A stretch of 64,000 bases of DNA, taken from Chiloscyllium plagiosum. Taxonomy: Eukaryota. The stretch lies in the NCBI RefSeq assembly GCF_004010195.1, contig NC_057722.1:20459911-20523910 (forward strand), written 5' to 3'. A program made the position numbers and the translations under genes. Below, in pieces: positions 1 through 13,270 of this stretch (position 1 is its first letter; every line of letters starts with the position of its first letter). The notes beneath the pieces were generated by a model. The model made no database searches, was not told the DNA's origin, and saw nothing but the letters and a program-made list of their open reading frames with translations.

Positions 1-562
1 TTTATCCTATTGGTGAGCTGTGTGGTGGGGTCAAACTCCCTCTTTTGGTAGGTGTTGGTATCTGCAAGTAGTTGTTGTGCTTTTTGGATGTACTCTGCTT
101 TGTCCAGGATGACCGTCATTCTGCCTTTGTCTGTTGGTAGTATGATTATGTTCTTATCGTTTCTTAGTGATTTCAGTGCTTCCCTCTCCTTGGTTTTGAG
201 GTTATGTGTTTGTCTTTTCCTTATTATCATAGTTACGACCGTTTGTCTCACTGTTTGTTGTGTCTCTTCTGTCAGTCCATTGTTCCTGAGTGTGCATTCT
301 AGTGCTGCTAGGAAGTCTGCTGTCTTGGCGTCCCTGTGGTTGTAGTTGAGTCCCTTGGCCAGTATTGTTCTTTCCGTGTCTGTGAGCTGTCTGTGGGAGA
401 GGTTTTTAACCCAGGTGTGTGTTGTAGTGTCCTCTTTGTTGTGTGTTAGTTTAGCCATTTTTTCTTTTAGTGCCATTTTTTTGCGGTGTGTTGTCCTGTT
501 CTGTCCTATGGTGACAGCCTGTTCTATGGTCCGGGTCCATTCGTGATTCGTGGTTTTTGAAA
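1..562 (-). mobile_element. Penelope-like retroelement, RT-region fragment (runs off the window edge)
   Basis: Minus-strand translation gives ...NDKNIIILPTDKGRMTVILDKAEYIQKAQQLLADTNTYQ..., typical of the PLE RT N-terminal 'ADKG' region. Confidence 0.8.
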
Positions 563-1535
563 TTAACGACTTTTGGCGCGCAATTTCATGTCGATAACTC
601 CCAAGAGGGTCTTTTTACCCTTAGAATTTCTCAGCTTTATCCACACTGACTCTACATCCCCTGATTCTAGGTCCCCCTGCGCAAGGGACTGAATATCACC
701 CCTTACCAACATGGCCACCCCACCCCCTCTGCCTGTCAGTCTGTCCTTCCGATAGCAATTGTAGCCTTGAATATTCATTTCCCAGGCCCTATCCACTTGA
801 AGCCACGTCTCAGTTATCCCCACAATATCGTATCTGCCAATTTCCAAAAGAGCCTCAAACTCATCCATCTTATTTCTAATGCTTCGTGCATTCATATATA
901 GTATTTTTAATTTGTTACTGCCCTCATCCTTCCCATCAACTCCTATTTCACTCAACCTTACAGCATGATCTCTTTTTGAGTTTTCTGCCTCATTGATACA
1001 GTTGTCTTTCTTGACTTCCCTTATTCCAACTTTCCCTTCAATTTCTTTCTTAAACATCCAATTTGTTCCCTCCCCCCACTACTTATTTTAAACATAACTG
1101 TGTTGGAGTAGCAAACCTGCCTGCCAGAATGCTGGTCCTTAACCTATTAAGGTGCAAACCGTCTCTCTTGTATAATTTATGCTTACCCCAAAACATACCC
1201 CAGTGATCCAAGAATTTAAATCCTTGCTTCCTGCACCAGTTCCCCAGCCACACGTTCAAGTCCATTATCTCCCTGTTTCTGGCTTCACTAGCCCGAGGAA
1301 CTGGAAGCAAACCGGAGATAACCACCCTGGACGTCCTGCTTTTCAGCTTTCTTTCTAGTTCTTCAAAGTCCCGCTATAGTATGTACCTCCTCTTCTTCCC
1401 GACATCATTTATGCCGACATGTACCACCACCTCTGGCTTTTCACCTTCATCCTTGAGGATTTCCTGCACTCTGTCTGTGATGTCTTTAACCCTGGCACCA
1501 GGAAGGCAACACACCATCCTTAAGTCCCGCCTGCT
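563..1535 (-). mobile_element. CR1 LINE 5' fragment: ORF1 SGNH esterase remnant plus ORF2 APE endonuclease N-terminus
   Basis: ORF1 motifs CCLPGARVKD, VHVGINDV, DGLHLN; ORF2 motifs YMNARSIRNK, GITETWL, YRKDR..GRGGGVA. Confidence 0.9.
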
Positions 1536-2245
1536 GCAATTTAATGAACTTTTATTGCAGGGACTGGTTTCATCAAACATACATTACAATTATATGGACA
1601 TGAACGTGTGGAGTCAAGCTACACAATTTGGATAAACTGCAACATGCTTCCTTCAGTGTGCCATCCTGCAAATGAACTGAGCTCAGTATGGTGGAGACTG
1701 AGAGTTTTACACTATTGGGTCAAACTCCTGGTGATATGATGATGACATCAGGAACATGTCTCTTAAAGGTATATTGCAAATTTGCCTGAGATATAAGACA
1801 GCGTCCACTTCTTTTTTAAAGGAAAGAAATTGCAAACAGATATATCTCATTTAATATAAGCACATGTTGTGAATTCAACAAACAAACATGCTAAAACAGA
1901 GTGATGGTGGGAAACGCCAGAGGAAATCTAGATTTATTTTGACAATTCTGGCTGAAAGGAAAATGATTCAGCCTTATAATTTGCACTTCTACCCTGGGCA
2001 TCCTCTCACTAGTTATTTTATTTTACATCACTGTAGCATTAGAGATCAGAGGAAATGAGAAACCAAGAAAATCAAAGATAAAAGACTAACTTCATTCAAT
2101 TTGGCTGAAACATTTTTCTCCAAGCATGTGAATTATCTTGGATTAATATGGTAAAGCTATGGATACGAGATATGTCAGTTATATTAAACTCTACAATTAG
2201 AATGAATGCAAAAACAAAACATGGTATTAATGCAAATAAACTTAC

Positions 2246-2377
2246 TAGACTTTTTATTTCTGATGAAGAGTCAGGTGAAAAAATGGATAATGGCAGGTCC
2301 AAAAAGAAACAATCCTCCGTAACAAGTTCTTCACATACTGAACACTTCATGGATTGAACCATTGTGATCTGATAAAG
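2246..2377 (-). CDS. USP-family deubiquitinase A (USP18/USP47-like), coding exon 5 (fingers CxxC, LDLPLSI); gene continues beyond the left edge
   Basis: ttctatcttatag acceptor and gtaagt donor; 132 nt, phase 0/0; LYQITMVQSMKCSVCEELVTEDCFFLDLPLSIFSPDSSSEIKSL. Confidence 0.88.
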
Positions 2378-3482
2378 CTATAAGATAGAAGCCAATGAAC
2401 ACATAGCCCATATTCTGTCATTCAGGATTTAATTATAATATCAAAATAAACCTAATGTTTTAAATCTCATGTAAAAAAATCCTTATGTTTTATTGATTTG
2501 TTTGACAAAAAGAGTCAGTCTTTCTTTTTAAAAGAGCACAATATATTTTGAAGGGGCTGGGCAATGAAAGAGCATAAATTACCTGGGAGATAAAATCCCT
2601 CAGTCCTTCTGGTGCTCTCCCTCTCCCTCTCATTATGAAGAGTGCAGCACAAGGGTTAAAAGTCATCAGCACTACTGGCACTTTCAACACTTCCTGCATT
2701 GGTGGAGTCTCTGCTTACTCTTAAAAGGGCAGTGACCCACAAGTCCTGAAATGCCAATTCCTTAGTCTTCATATATCAAGAAACATGGCTAGTTCAGTGA
2801 GATCAGCCTCACAGAAAATTCATGCAGCTTAGAGACTGGTTTGCAAAGTGAATAATGTTGTACTAACTCTTTCCTGACAAACATCTGGCTCACATGGATT
2901 TGTAAGTATGGAAAATTCTTTATGACAATATGGTGTCCTCACTAAGGGGGTTGATGAATAAATGGATTGTCCCCCAAAAGTAAGGGCAGCCAATTGACCA
3001 TCCCAGCTCCTGCCAGATCTCGCACAATTCATTGGATTTCTTAAACTATAGGGCAAACATATGTCCAAGATGTCACCAATTGCATGGGTACTAGTCCCAG
3101 CCATTCAAATGAGGAGACCACCTGCTGACATATATGCTCTTTTCTCGAGCAAAAGTAGTCCTAGCAAAATTACAGTTCAGATATCTTTATCAACAAGACT
3201 TTTTACCCACGTTCATTCATAGTAAAAAGATAATGAGAACAGTTATTTAAATTTGTTGGTGATATGCCAAGAGAGAGAGTGAGAGGGAAAGAGACAGAGA
3301 GGTGAAATGCTGAAAAACAAACTGGCAAAAGGATGTACATGATGAGAAAGATAAAGTGAGGGAGAAGAGTTGAAGATACTTAGGAGGATGTACCATAAAA
3401 AAGCACAGAAAAATTGGGAAGACGGCAACACAAATAAGGACAACTTCAAAAATAGTTAATAGGTGTCATAGTTGAATTTTAC

Positions 3483-3571
3483 CTTCAGAATGTTATCCCC
3501 TTGGCCCACTTCAGCATTCAATTTGTTGATCAGATTGCGAAAAAATTCTTCAATATCAAGCTGTTTAAAGA
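3483..3571 (-). CDS. USP deubiquitinase A, coding exon 4 (QQD-box equivalent)
   Basis: ttcctttcaag acceptor and gtaaaa donor; 89 nt, phase 1/0; VFKQLDIEEFFRNLINKLNAEVGQGDNILK, in frame with flanking exons. Confidence 0.85.
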
Positions 3572-3765
3572 CTTGAAAGGAAGAATGCTTAGAAATTATG
3601 CTTAATTGAAAATACAAGCATATACAATATATTTAACATGTTGACCTGGATTCCTTATATGTTGGCATCAGTGAAAGCTAATAAGTATAAACTTCTGCCA
3701 AAGAAGAACTTTGCAGTTAATCCTTCAATAGTGTATGCACTGAAGTGTTAAACTAGATAATGGAT

Positions 3766-4095
3766 TTTAGATTAGATTAGATTAGATTACTTACAGTGTG
3801 GAAACAGGCCCTTCGGCCCAACAAGTCCACACCGACCCGCCGAAGCGCACCCACCCAGACCCATTCCCCTACATTTACCTCTGCACCTAACACTACAGGC
3901 AATTTAGTGTGGCCAATTCACCTGACCCGCACATTTTTGGACTGTGGGAGGAAACCGGAGCACCCGGAGGAAACCCACGTAGACACGGGGAGAATGTGCA
4001 AACTCCACACAGTCGGTCGCCTGAGGCGGGAATTGAACCCGGGTCTCTGGCGCTGTGAGGCAGCAGTGCTAACCACTGTGCCACCATGCCGCCCA
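3766..4095 (-). mobile_element. HE1-type tRNA-derived shark SINE with (TAATC)n tail
   Basis: Pol III A/B-box head (GGTGGCACAGTGGTTAGC...GGTTCAATTCCC on minus), V-SINE-like core, (GATTA)n tail at 3766-3790. Confidence 0.9.
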
Positions 4096-5089
4096 CCAAT
4101 GAGAGTAGGCTTGAACCAACAAATTTGGATTTCGAGTTGATTATATTCCCAATAAGATTAATCAGCAAATACATTGCACACACAGTCTCTTCATTTAAGT
4201 CACCAATGAAGATTTTAAATATGAAACCCCAGCACTAAGCCTTGCCATGATTGTATTTAATAGCAGAGCAGGCTTAATGTGTTTGTGTTTGTGGTCTTCT
4301 GAAAGCCCTATTGAAAATCTTGGTGGCTACCTTATATTGATTATACATCTTTATGTTCTTCCCCAAAAGATGTATTATTTTCTAAATCCACTCTATCAAT
4401 ATCTTCTATAATTTTAAACACCACTCCTAAGTCACTCCTCAGCACCTTTTCTTTGAAAGGAGAAGAGACAAACCTCGCCAATATTTTCCTAATACATTTG
4501 CTGACACTCTTAGGTATCACCTGTATGAAAGTAAATTGCTTCAGTCAAAGGGTTCTGAATATTTGGAATTCTCTTCCCGAGCAGATTGTGTATGTTTCAT
4601 TACTAAATACGTTTAAGGCATGGATTGACAAATTCTTTGCCTCTCATAGAATTAAATGTTATGGGGAGAGGCTAAAGATCAGCCATGATTGTATTGAATG
4701 TCAGAGCAGGCTTAATGGTAGCTGCATTTGTGGTCCTTTAACCAAGGACCTGATCTAGTGTAAGTTATTGATACTTTTAATACTTAATAAAAATACTCAA
4801 CGTTGTCCACACCAGTCCAATATCGACACCTCCAAATCATCATTTTAATGGCATACCACAAAGACCCAGAGCTTGGCCTTCACAATTTTTACAAAGAGAT
4901 GTCTTTGGAAACTTAAGCGTTGTTTTCTTTAATGAGTCTCTATTATTAAGTTAAAGAACCACCTCAATCACAGAAAATTAACAAATGGCCTAGGCAACAA
5001 TATTGTGAACAAGAGAAACAATTTTTTGATGGATAAATAAGTAGATTTATATATTTGGAAGTTGAATGAATGGTTTGCCCAATGCTTAC

Positions 5090-5205
5090 CATTCAGTTGC
5101 AAGCTCATGGTCAACTCATTCGTCCTTATGTACTTTTCTTCTTTGCTTTCCAACTTATTGAACAAGTTTTGTAACTCACGTACAAATGCCACATTTGAAT
5201 TTAAC
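5090..5205 (-). CDS. USP deubiquitinase A, coding exon 3
   Basis: polyT-cag acceptor and gtaagc donor; 116 nt, phase 2/1; LNSNVAFVRELQNLFNKLESKEEKYIRTNELTMSLQLN, matching the USP 'LQxLFxxL' helix. Confidence 0.88.
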
Positions 5206-6306
5206 CTGAAAAAAAAATTGTATTTTTACATTTAAGAAAATTGATTGCTTGAGCACCTAACAAACAGAATAATCTTGAATTTCCTAATGGAGAAATTCAT
5301 AATCTGTCAAAGTCTACAAATAGTTATCAGTCATCTTTCAAATAGAAATATATACTTGGGCATATAAATAAAGGAAGTAAAATTGCTTTGTTGATAATTT
5401 CAGTGGCAAAGGAAACCAGAAATCCCTTCTTGTATTCAAACTAATTTTTTGGATGAATTTTACCTCTAAACATATTCGTTACAATAAGCAGGATAAAACT
5501 TTATGCCATTTGATAGGAAGTCACAAAAGGTTTGGTAATGTAGAATGCTCCCATTCCAAGCTATTTTTGGAGTTAATTGGTGTGATGCTATGTGAACAAG
5601 AGTGTTGCATATTTTAACGAAAACAATACTCCAGCTAGTGCTTTGTCCAGTATTCCATTTTATATTTTGGATTAATTTGCACATTTTATGATATTTCTTG
5701 CCTTTTGTTGAAGTTTGAAAAGAATTAATTTGTAAGTCCTATTAAGAAAAGTATAATTTTTGTAATATTGCACTTTTGAAAGTGATTAGTGGCTGCAGAC
5801 AATATTCTCTCACTCTATTTTTAACACTCCATAACAAAGGGTGGTGAGGTGTGGTAATGGGACAAATTACATGTATAGTATGATTTCTCTACCCAGCACA
5901 AAAATGTTCTTTAAATTCACACCAACATTTCACCTAAACATTTTTCTTTTTCCTAGTTTAGAGCTTTTTGAATTTGTTGAGTAGTCAGTATTAAATGATA
6001 AGCAGTTTGAGATTATAGACTTGCTGTCATCATATTTCTCCTCTCCCATTTCACTTTCCAACTCACTTCCCCACTTAACCCCACTCCCTGACTCAGTGCC
6101 TGATTACTGAAAAGGTTTCAAAATGCACTGAACTCCTCTGGGTTTCAGTTACTCATGATTCACTTCACATTGAGAATTTTTGCCTCTCGTGTGGCCGCAT
6201 ACAATTGTTTCTCAATGTCTGAATAGAAGTTGACCAACTTTCCCAATTGTAGATTTTTCTAATGCTGAACCTTTACACAAACAGAATGAGCACTCCTAAA
6301 ACCTAC

Positions 6307-6403
6307 TTGTAAATGGACTGTTTAACTTCTGGAGTCAAGAACCATGTTTGAAGTAATGTGTTCAGAAAACATGTGGCTCCTTGATTGATGAGGCCCACAG
6401 AAG
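6307..6403 (-). CDS. USP deubiquitinase A, coding exon 2 (catalytic Cys box)
   Basis: catgcag acceptor and gtaggt donor; 97 nt, phase 1/2; [32 protein letters not shown] is a canonical USP Cys box (GLxNxGxTC[FY]xN). Confidence 0.93.
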
Positions 6404-6567
6404 CTGCATGAATACAGAGACAAAAGGGAAAAGTTGATTAGGAACACAAGAGTAATTTTCCTGCTTAGACGATCTTGACGATAACCTGCATTTATAAGAT
6501 GCTCCTCACATGTAGCGAGACATATCAAAGTGCTTTCTTAAATTGGATAAATATAGTAGGCACAATT

Positions 6568-6823
6568 TTAGATTAAATTCCCTATAGTGTGGAAACAGGC
6601 CCTTCAGCCCAAAGTGTCTACACCAACCCAGACCCATTCCCCTACATTTACCCCTGACTATGGGCAATTTAGCATGGCCAATTCACCTGACCTGCACATC
6701 TTTGGACTGTGGGAGGAAACTGAAGCACCCGGAGGAAACCCACGCAGACACAGGGAGAATGTGCAAACTCCACACAGACAGTCACCCGAGGCTGGAATCG
6801 AACCTGGGACCCTGGTGCTGTGA
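6568..6823 (-). mobile_element. HE1-type SINE (5'-truncated)
   Basis: Same core as 3766-4095 (CTGCACATCTTTGGACTGTGGGAGGAAAC...GTGCAAACTCCACACAGAC). Confidence 0.85.
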
Positions 6824-7124
6824 AGTTAGGAAGTTAGAAATTAGAAACAGTGTTTGAATACACATTTGCAAAAGCATAAAATTAGCTTGAAACAGATAAA
6901 TGAATGGGTCAGTCTTTAAAATTCATTTTTCTTAGAAAGTGCCTAAGCTTTCACCAACATGCAAACCTGTACAAAGAATTCAGTATTCTTAGAAAAAAGT
7001 GGTGAGTTTGAACGAAAAGTCCTTGTTGGAACACATAACTAGAAGCATGAAACTATACTAAGGAGCACGATCAGTGTGGGACTGAATCAGTAAAACGGAA
7101 GTGAACTGAGTTACTGGACATGAG

Positions 7125-7295
7125 TGTGTTGATGGAAAAGCACAGCAGGTCAGGCAGCAGCTGAGGAGCAGGAGAATCTATGTTTCAGGCTGGAGCCCTT
7201 CTCAATTCCTGATGAAGGGCTCCGGTCCGAAACGTTGATTCTCCTGCTTGACCTGCTGTGCTTTTCCAGCAACACACAGGCCTCACTTTCTTCCT
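7125..7295. mobile_element. Non-autonomous Penelope-type inverted-repeat element with hammerhead core
   Basis: GAAAAGCACAGCAGGTCAGG ... TGACCTGCTGTGCTTTTCC inverted arms; CTGATGAAGGGCTCCGGTCCGAAACG core. Confidence 0.7.
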
Positions 7296-7849
7296 CTGAG
7301 TTACTGGAGATGTTTGGAAATTAGGTTCTAAGTGGAAATTCAGTGTAAAGGAAACAAGGTTCCCTTAACTAAAATTACCTGCAAGAAATAAACTCTCCAG
7401 AGTGAGTTATCAGTTAGAAGAGGATAAAAGGCATGGATTGAGAGACTCACCCGCAGTGAGACCAGTGGTGGATATAGACAGGTTAAAGCGAGTGGGCAAA
7501 AACTTGGCAGATGGAATGTAATGTGATAATGTCAGGTTATGCACTTTGGCAGGAAAAATAGAGAAGCTGAATATTATTTAAATGAAGAAAGACTGCAGAA
7601 CAAAGGGCTTTGTTATCTGTTTCAACAAGGAGTTTTTTTTAAATCAAACTGACGTTTCTAAGAATAATGAATTCTCTGGACAGGTTTGCATGTTGGTGAA
7701 AGTTTAAATAATTTCTAACAAAAATGAATTTTAAAGACTAACCCATCTGTTTAAATATTTCAAATTAATTTTTATGCATATGCAAATGTGTATTTAAACA
7801 GTATTTGTACTGTTTATAATTTCCACGAATCACAAAAATCTAGCTTCCA

Positions 7850-9505
7850 AGTTCACTGAATAATAGGGAAGGCTTCCAGAATGTTGATTTTCATTTCAAA
7901 GGTAATGAAGTCCAGAAGTAGAGAGATTTTGCTAAAACTATACAAGGCATTAATTAGGTGAATAGTGTGAATGGCTTTGATCCCTTTATCTGAGGAAAGA
8001 AATACTGTACAGGCATTGGAGGGCAGTGACTTGACATTGCCTTTCTTGCAGAGTGCTGTTGATGCGAGGTCAGTAAATATATTCAAGGCTGAGATGGGCT
8101 GATTTTTAATCAGTAAGGGAATCAAGGTCTATGCAAAAAAGTAGCACACATCCTGCTGAATGGATGGAGTACAAGGGCCAACAAAGGAGCAACAACTACT
8201 CAAGGAATTATGACAGGAAACTTGCAAGGGATATAAAATTCAGTAAGAAAAAAATGTATAGTTACATAAAGGGAAAATGGGTCATCAGGAACAATGTTGG
8301 CCCACTAAAGACCGAAAATGGAGACACTCCCATTGACTGTGGGGAAATGATAGACATGTTGATTATTTACTGTGCCTCAGTATTGACTATAGAATAGGAA
8401 GATAGCTTACTGGAAGACCAGAAGAAATTAATAGTGGATCAGGCCAGGGACTAAATGATATTGAAGAAAGTAAAACATGGATAGTGAAGACATGAAGTTA
8501 AATAGCATAGATAGTAAATAATAGGTAAACAGTGGCAAAAACAAAAACACAGGTACAGGCGAATGTTAAGAGTTTGTGAGTCCATTCAGTATTCTAACAA
8601 CAGTAGGGAAGAAACATTAATTGAATTGAAAAGTTACAAATCTCTGGCATCTGATGGTTTCCATCCAAGAGTGTTAAAGGAAGTAGCACACATTATAAAT
8701 GCCCAAACTAGTTGAGTCATCCATCTGGATTAGAAAATTGCACATCACTCACTTTTTAAGAAGTACGAAAGAGGAAAACTCCAGAATTACAGACCAGTTA
8801 GCCTCACATCGATGGCAGAGAAAGTGTTGAAGTCTATAATGAAGGATGGGATAACGGAACACTGTGAAAATGTTCAGTTAATCAGGGAGGGCCAGCATGG
8901 ATTCATATATGGCATTTATATCTACAGACAGGAATTGAAGGATACAGATACTATGCTGTGATTAGACAAAACTCTGATCAGACTTCACTTGGAGTGTTGT
9001 GAGCAGATTTGGGCAGCACACCAAAGGAAGTATATATCAGCTTAAAGGGAGTACAACTTAGGTTTACAAGAATGATATCTGGACCTCGGGGATAAAGTTA
9101 TAAAGAGAGATTATACAAATTAGGCCTGTTTTCTCTAGCATTTAGAAGGTTTATGGATATTCTCAAGATATAAACAGGAAGGGACAGGGTAGATAAAGAT
9201 AAACTATTTCCACTGCTTGAGAATTCCAGACCTCGGGGGCATAATCTAAAAATTAGTGCTACTCCATTAAGGAGAAATATTAAAAACAATTTCTGCATAC
9301 AAAGGGTGGTAGACGTTTGAAATTCGCTTCCAGAAATAGTAGCAGATATAGATTGGGTTAATAATTTTAAATCTGAGATGAATAATTTTTTGTTAAACAG
9401 AAGTGTTGAGGGATATCGGCCAAAGACAGTTATATTGAGTTAAGCCATGATCTCACTGAATGGCAAACAGACTTGGGAGGTCTATTCATGTTCCTGTATT
9501 CCTAT
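7850..9505 (+). mobile_element. Degenerate CR1 LINE ORF2/3' fragments
   Basis: Fragments encoding FHPRVLKEV, NYRPVSLT and QHGF; CR1 3' end with TTCCTGT/TTCCTAT repeats. Confidence 0.75.
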
Positions 9506-9939
9506 AAAGAGTAATGGCAGGTGATTGATATGAAATGACATAATGACCAATCAAAAGTCTGGTCAGATAACCTGATATGCCAGAGGGTACTTTGAAATAA
9601 AGTTAGCTCTTAGTAGCTTAAAAGGCCTTGACCACAATCCATCCAATCTAATTAAATTTAAATCAATGATGAATTGTCTGCTTAAAGAGAAATATAAACA
9701 CATGTGAACTGAAGCCATTACAAGTTGACCAAGGTTGAACCTGAGCATTCAAGGATACGTGGGATCCAGGAGGAGAACAAGCTGGGAAAAGGTGGTGGGG
9801 TAGCTCTATTAAGTAAGGATGACATTACTATAAAAGTGTGAGATAATGATAGTTCTAAAGATCAAACTGTAGAATCATTTTGGATAGAGGTTAAATAAAA
9901 CCAAAAAAGTTAGGGAATCGCTTGTGGGAGTAGTTTTTA

Positions 9940-10082
9940 AGGAGAAAGTGAGGTCTGCAGATGCTGGAGATCAGAGCTGAAAATGTGTTGCTGGAAAAGC
10001 GCAGCAGGTCAGGCAGCATCCAGGGAACAGGAGAATCGACGTTTCGGGCATAAGCCTGAAGAAGGGCTTATGCCCGAAACGT
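9940..10082. mobile_element. Penelope-type non-autonomous element with hammerhead core
   Basis: ACGTTTCGGGCATAAGCC-TGAAGAAG-GGCTTATGCCCGAAACGT palindrome; CTGAAGA...GAAAC core at 10056-10082. Confidence 0.7.
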
Positions 10083-10588
10083 GTAGGTGTTTGGCTGAAG
10101 ATTTCTGCTGGTTTGTGCCCATGCTAGCTAGAACGTCCTGGAATATTTTGGACATGAAATGTGTAAACTCTGACCGATTTCTGAGAGCACACTACACCGA
10201 GTGACGTGACGGGCTCGTCAAATCTCACACCTTTTGCGCTGAAATGGTTCTTAGTGGAACAGCCACATCATGGGTAGAGCTCCAAAAAGACCACTCAGCA
10301 TCACCTCTAAGGCAATTGGTTATGGCTTCCACGGTTGCCAATAGCAACTGACAGCCACAGGTTGTAGCAGAATGAAAACTGGACACGGATTTCCCATGCT
10401 TGCTTCTCAATCAGCACTGTCTGAGGGCTGCGGTAATTTTAATCAGTAGGTGCCAGAAAGTTTATGTTTGTTGTGCTAACAGCAACAGGGCTTAACCTCG
10501 ACGGCGATCCCATTTTTTTTCAGGGATCATCCGGTCTTGAGCTTTGGTGCAGACTTTGCGTATTGTAGGTGTCTCCATATTGCAGTCC

Positions 10589-10601
10589 AGTTTCAGCTTT
10601 C
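10589..10601 (+). promoter_or_regulatory. ISRE/IRF-like site in intron 1 of USP-A
   Basis: AGTTTCAGCTTTC (3-nt spacer variant), 60 nt into intron 1. Confidence 0.35.
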
Positions 10602-10660
10602 AAAGTACACGAAAGAATGCAATTACAATTTTACCGTCATGTCACTGACCTGAAACTTAC

Positions 10661-10766
10661 GTTTTCCTCTGCAAATGTTACCTGTAAATCTTTCCATGTA
10701 TTTTCTTCTTTCCTCCCTCATGCTATCTGCTGTCATTGACCTGTTCTTTTTTACACAATTGCCCAT
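10661..10766 (-). CDS. USP deubiquitinase A, probable first coding exon
   Basis: ATG at 10766 (in-frame upstream ATG at 10853 also possible); MGNCVKKNRSMTADSMREERRKYMERFTGNICRGK; gtaagt donor in phase 1 joins the Cys-box exon in frame; CpG-rich region with CCAAT at about 10873-10878. Confidence 0.7.
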
Positions 10767-11245
10767 CGGCGTAGCTGCAAACAAAATACAGGTAGCAGCT
10801 GCACATATCCAGAGCACAGATGCCGCCTGCTCGCTTGGAAAGCGACTTGTCATCCGCTACATTAATTCGTCAGATTGGTTGGGCGTTAACACAAAGGTGA
10901 CCCGAGCTCCTTACCGGTGTTTCCAGAGGGATCAATGCCGCTAAGATGAAACGCAAATAAGAAAAGTCTGTACAAAGGCCACGTGCCAAACCGAAAAATC
11001 AACAAGATAAACGTGATCGAGTATCTGGCTGCTCGTTGAACCAAAGTGAGCCACCACATCATGAAACGTTTCACTCCCAAATCTTGCTACGTTTGACCAA
11101 GTAACTTTTTTTCACCCCTGAATAAAACAATCTCTTTTATTATCAGAAATATTCATAATTTCCCGCTTGCAGTGGTGCAAAGTGTTTAACTATCTGTTTC
11201 AGCTTGCCAAGTTTCTCTTAGGCAGAGGAGAGTTCAGAGAGGTTA

Positions 11246-11256
11246 AGTTTCACTTT
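11246..11256 (+). promoter_or_regulatory. ISRE upstream of USP-A
   Basis: AGTTTCACTTT (ISRE consensus AGTTTCNNTTT), about 480 nt upstream of ATG 10766; identical 11-mer upstream of the Ubl gene. Confidence 0.5.
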
Positions 11257-12327
11257 ACTGTAATGTAGGCGCGGTCCAGGCAATGAGAATGTGCGGAAAC
11301 TACTGGCTTGCTGGGAAATGACTCTGCTCCCTTTTGGGTGGGTCTCAGTTATTAATCTTTGTTGTTGTTGTTGCTCCTTCTGTATAGCTTTCAGAGCGGA
11401 CTGCTGCTGAAACTTCTGCAACAATTACCAACGACATTCAAATCCAGTGGCAGACTATAGTAGTGTGAGAAACAATGCTTACACACTTTAATAATTGCAG
11501 TCCGAGACAAAATCTGAATCAGTAGTGTCCTTTATTTTTACACTTGCAAGTGGGTGTGATGTCCAGTGCCAGGCAAGGCAGAGGACATACACACACCAAA
11601 TTCAACAAACTCTCGATATTTATATAATTTGGTTCCTACATTTTTTTCTTATTTCATTGTCCCCCCCCCCCCATTTACATCCTCCACTTCCCTAAGACTG
11701 GTCCCACCACTCCTGCTTATCTCTTGCCTTATCCAGCCTTGTCTGTGACAAAATGTTTATTTCTGGCCTCACAAGGCCATTTGACCCCATCCCGCTGCAG
11801 GTCATTGTTAGGCATATTCTTTCTTCATCAGTATCTACTCTTTCCATCTGGGCCTCTCCCGAGGCCATTCTGATCCCTATGACCTCTTTAATTAGGGTTT
11901 GTTCCTGTGTCTCTGTAAAAGTGGGAAACAGATGTTTACACCTACTGTTTGTACAGGTGTATCTAGCTTAACTTCATCCCCTCACGACTTCTTATCTATT
12001 TGCCCATAATATCTACCATTGTTTTGCAATCACGTTTCACGCTGACATACAATTTTAGCTAATACAAAAACAATTATATATTTCCTCCACATAGTTTCTA
12101 TTCTTGTTGACTCAGCTCTTGGCTGAAACAATTACACACTGGTGTGAGTTCATTTACTTTGTATCAGAAATTATAATTGCAGAACTGCAGAAGTAACATT
12201 AATTTACCTATATCCCACAGTAGGGAAAGAAAATGGTTATCCCGTGAATGTGAACCCTGTCAAAAGTTTCAGCTTGATTTAATTCGGATGGAATTGCCAC
12301 TAGATCCAATTCCACCCCTCCCCACAC

Positions 12328-13270
12328 ATGAACATAGAACAGTACAGTACAGGCCCTTCGGCCCTTGATGTTGTGCTGACCTTTTATCCTAATCTAAGAT
12401 CAACGGACATAAATACCCTTCATTTTACTATCATCCATTTGCCTATCCAAGGGTCTCTTAAATGTCCTTAATGTATCTGACTCTACTACTACAGCTGGCA
12501 GTGTATTCCACGCACCCTTCACTCTCTGTGTAAAATGATCTGACTTCTGACATCTCCCCTAAACCTTCCTCCAATCACGTTAAAATTATGCCCCCTTGTG
12601 ATAGCCATTTCAGCCCAGGGAAAAAGTCTCTGACTATTCACTCTATCTATGCCTCTCATTATCTTGCACACCTCTACCAAGCTACCTCTCACCCATCTTA
12701 ATTCCAGTGAGAAAAAGCCCTAGTTCGCTCAACCTTTCTTCATAAGACATGCCCTCCAGTCCAGGCAGCATCCTGGTAAATCTCCTCTGCACCATCTCTG
12801 GAGCATTCACATCCTTCCTATAATGAGGTGACCAGAACTGAACACAATACTCCCAAGTATGGTGTAACCAGGACTATATAGAGCTGCAGCATAACCTCGC
12901 TGCTGTTAAGTTCAAACCACTGCTAATGAAAGCCTACAACCATATGCTTCCTTAACAATCCTATCAACTTGGGTGGCAACTTTGACGGATCAATGTACAT
13001 GGACCCCAAGACCCCAAGATCCACACTGCCAAGAATCCTGCCTTTAACCCTGTATCTGCATTCAAATACGACCTGCCAAAATGAATTACTTCACACTTTT
13101 CCTGGTTGAACTTCATCTGCCACTTCCCAGATCCAGTTCTGGATCCTGTCAATATCTTAGTGCAACCTACATCAGTCTTCCACACTTTCCATCACTCCAC
13201 CAGCCTTTGTGTCATTGGCAAACTTGCTAACCCACCCTTCCACTTCCTCATCAAAGTAATTTATAAAAAT
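12328..13270 (-). mobile_element. CR1 LINE 3' fragment
   Basis: WQMKFNQEKCEVIHFG; CR1 3' tail (TTCTATGTTC on minus). Confidence 0.85.

Noticed and set aside
1536-2245. Search for the next USP-A exon (second CxxC of the fingers)
   Set aside because: Candidate acceptors lead to early stops; the exon is presumably left of the window.
2148-2357. + strand 69-aa ORF MVKLWIRD...
   Set aside because: Antisense shadow of the USP-A exon at 2246-2377; no motifs of its own.
3796-4183. Recurrent ORFs such as MVAQWLALLPHSARDPGSIP and GRMCKLHTDS, and tRNA-like heads
   Set aside because: Translations of HE1 SINE copies; not proteins and not true tRNA genes.
5466-5684. Minus-strand 72-aa ORF between USP-A exons, as a possible extra exon
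   Set aside because: No USP similarity, and the flanking exons already join in frame without it.
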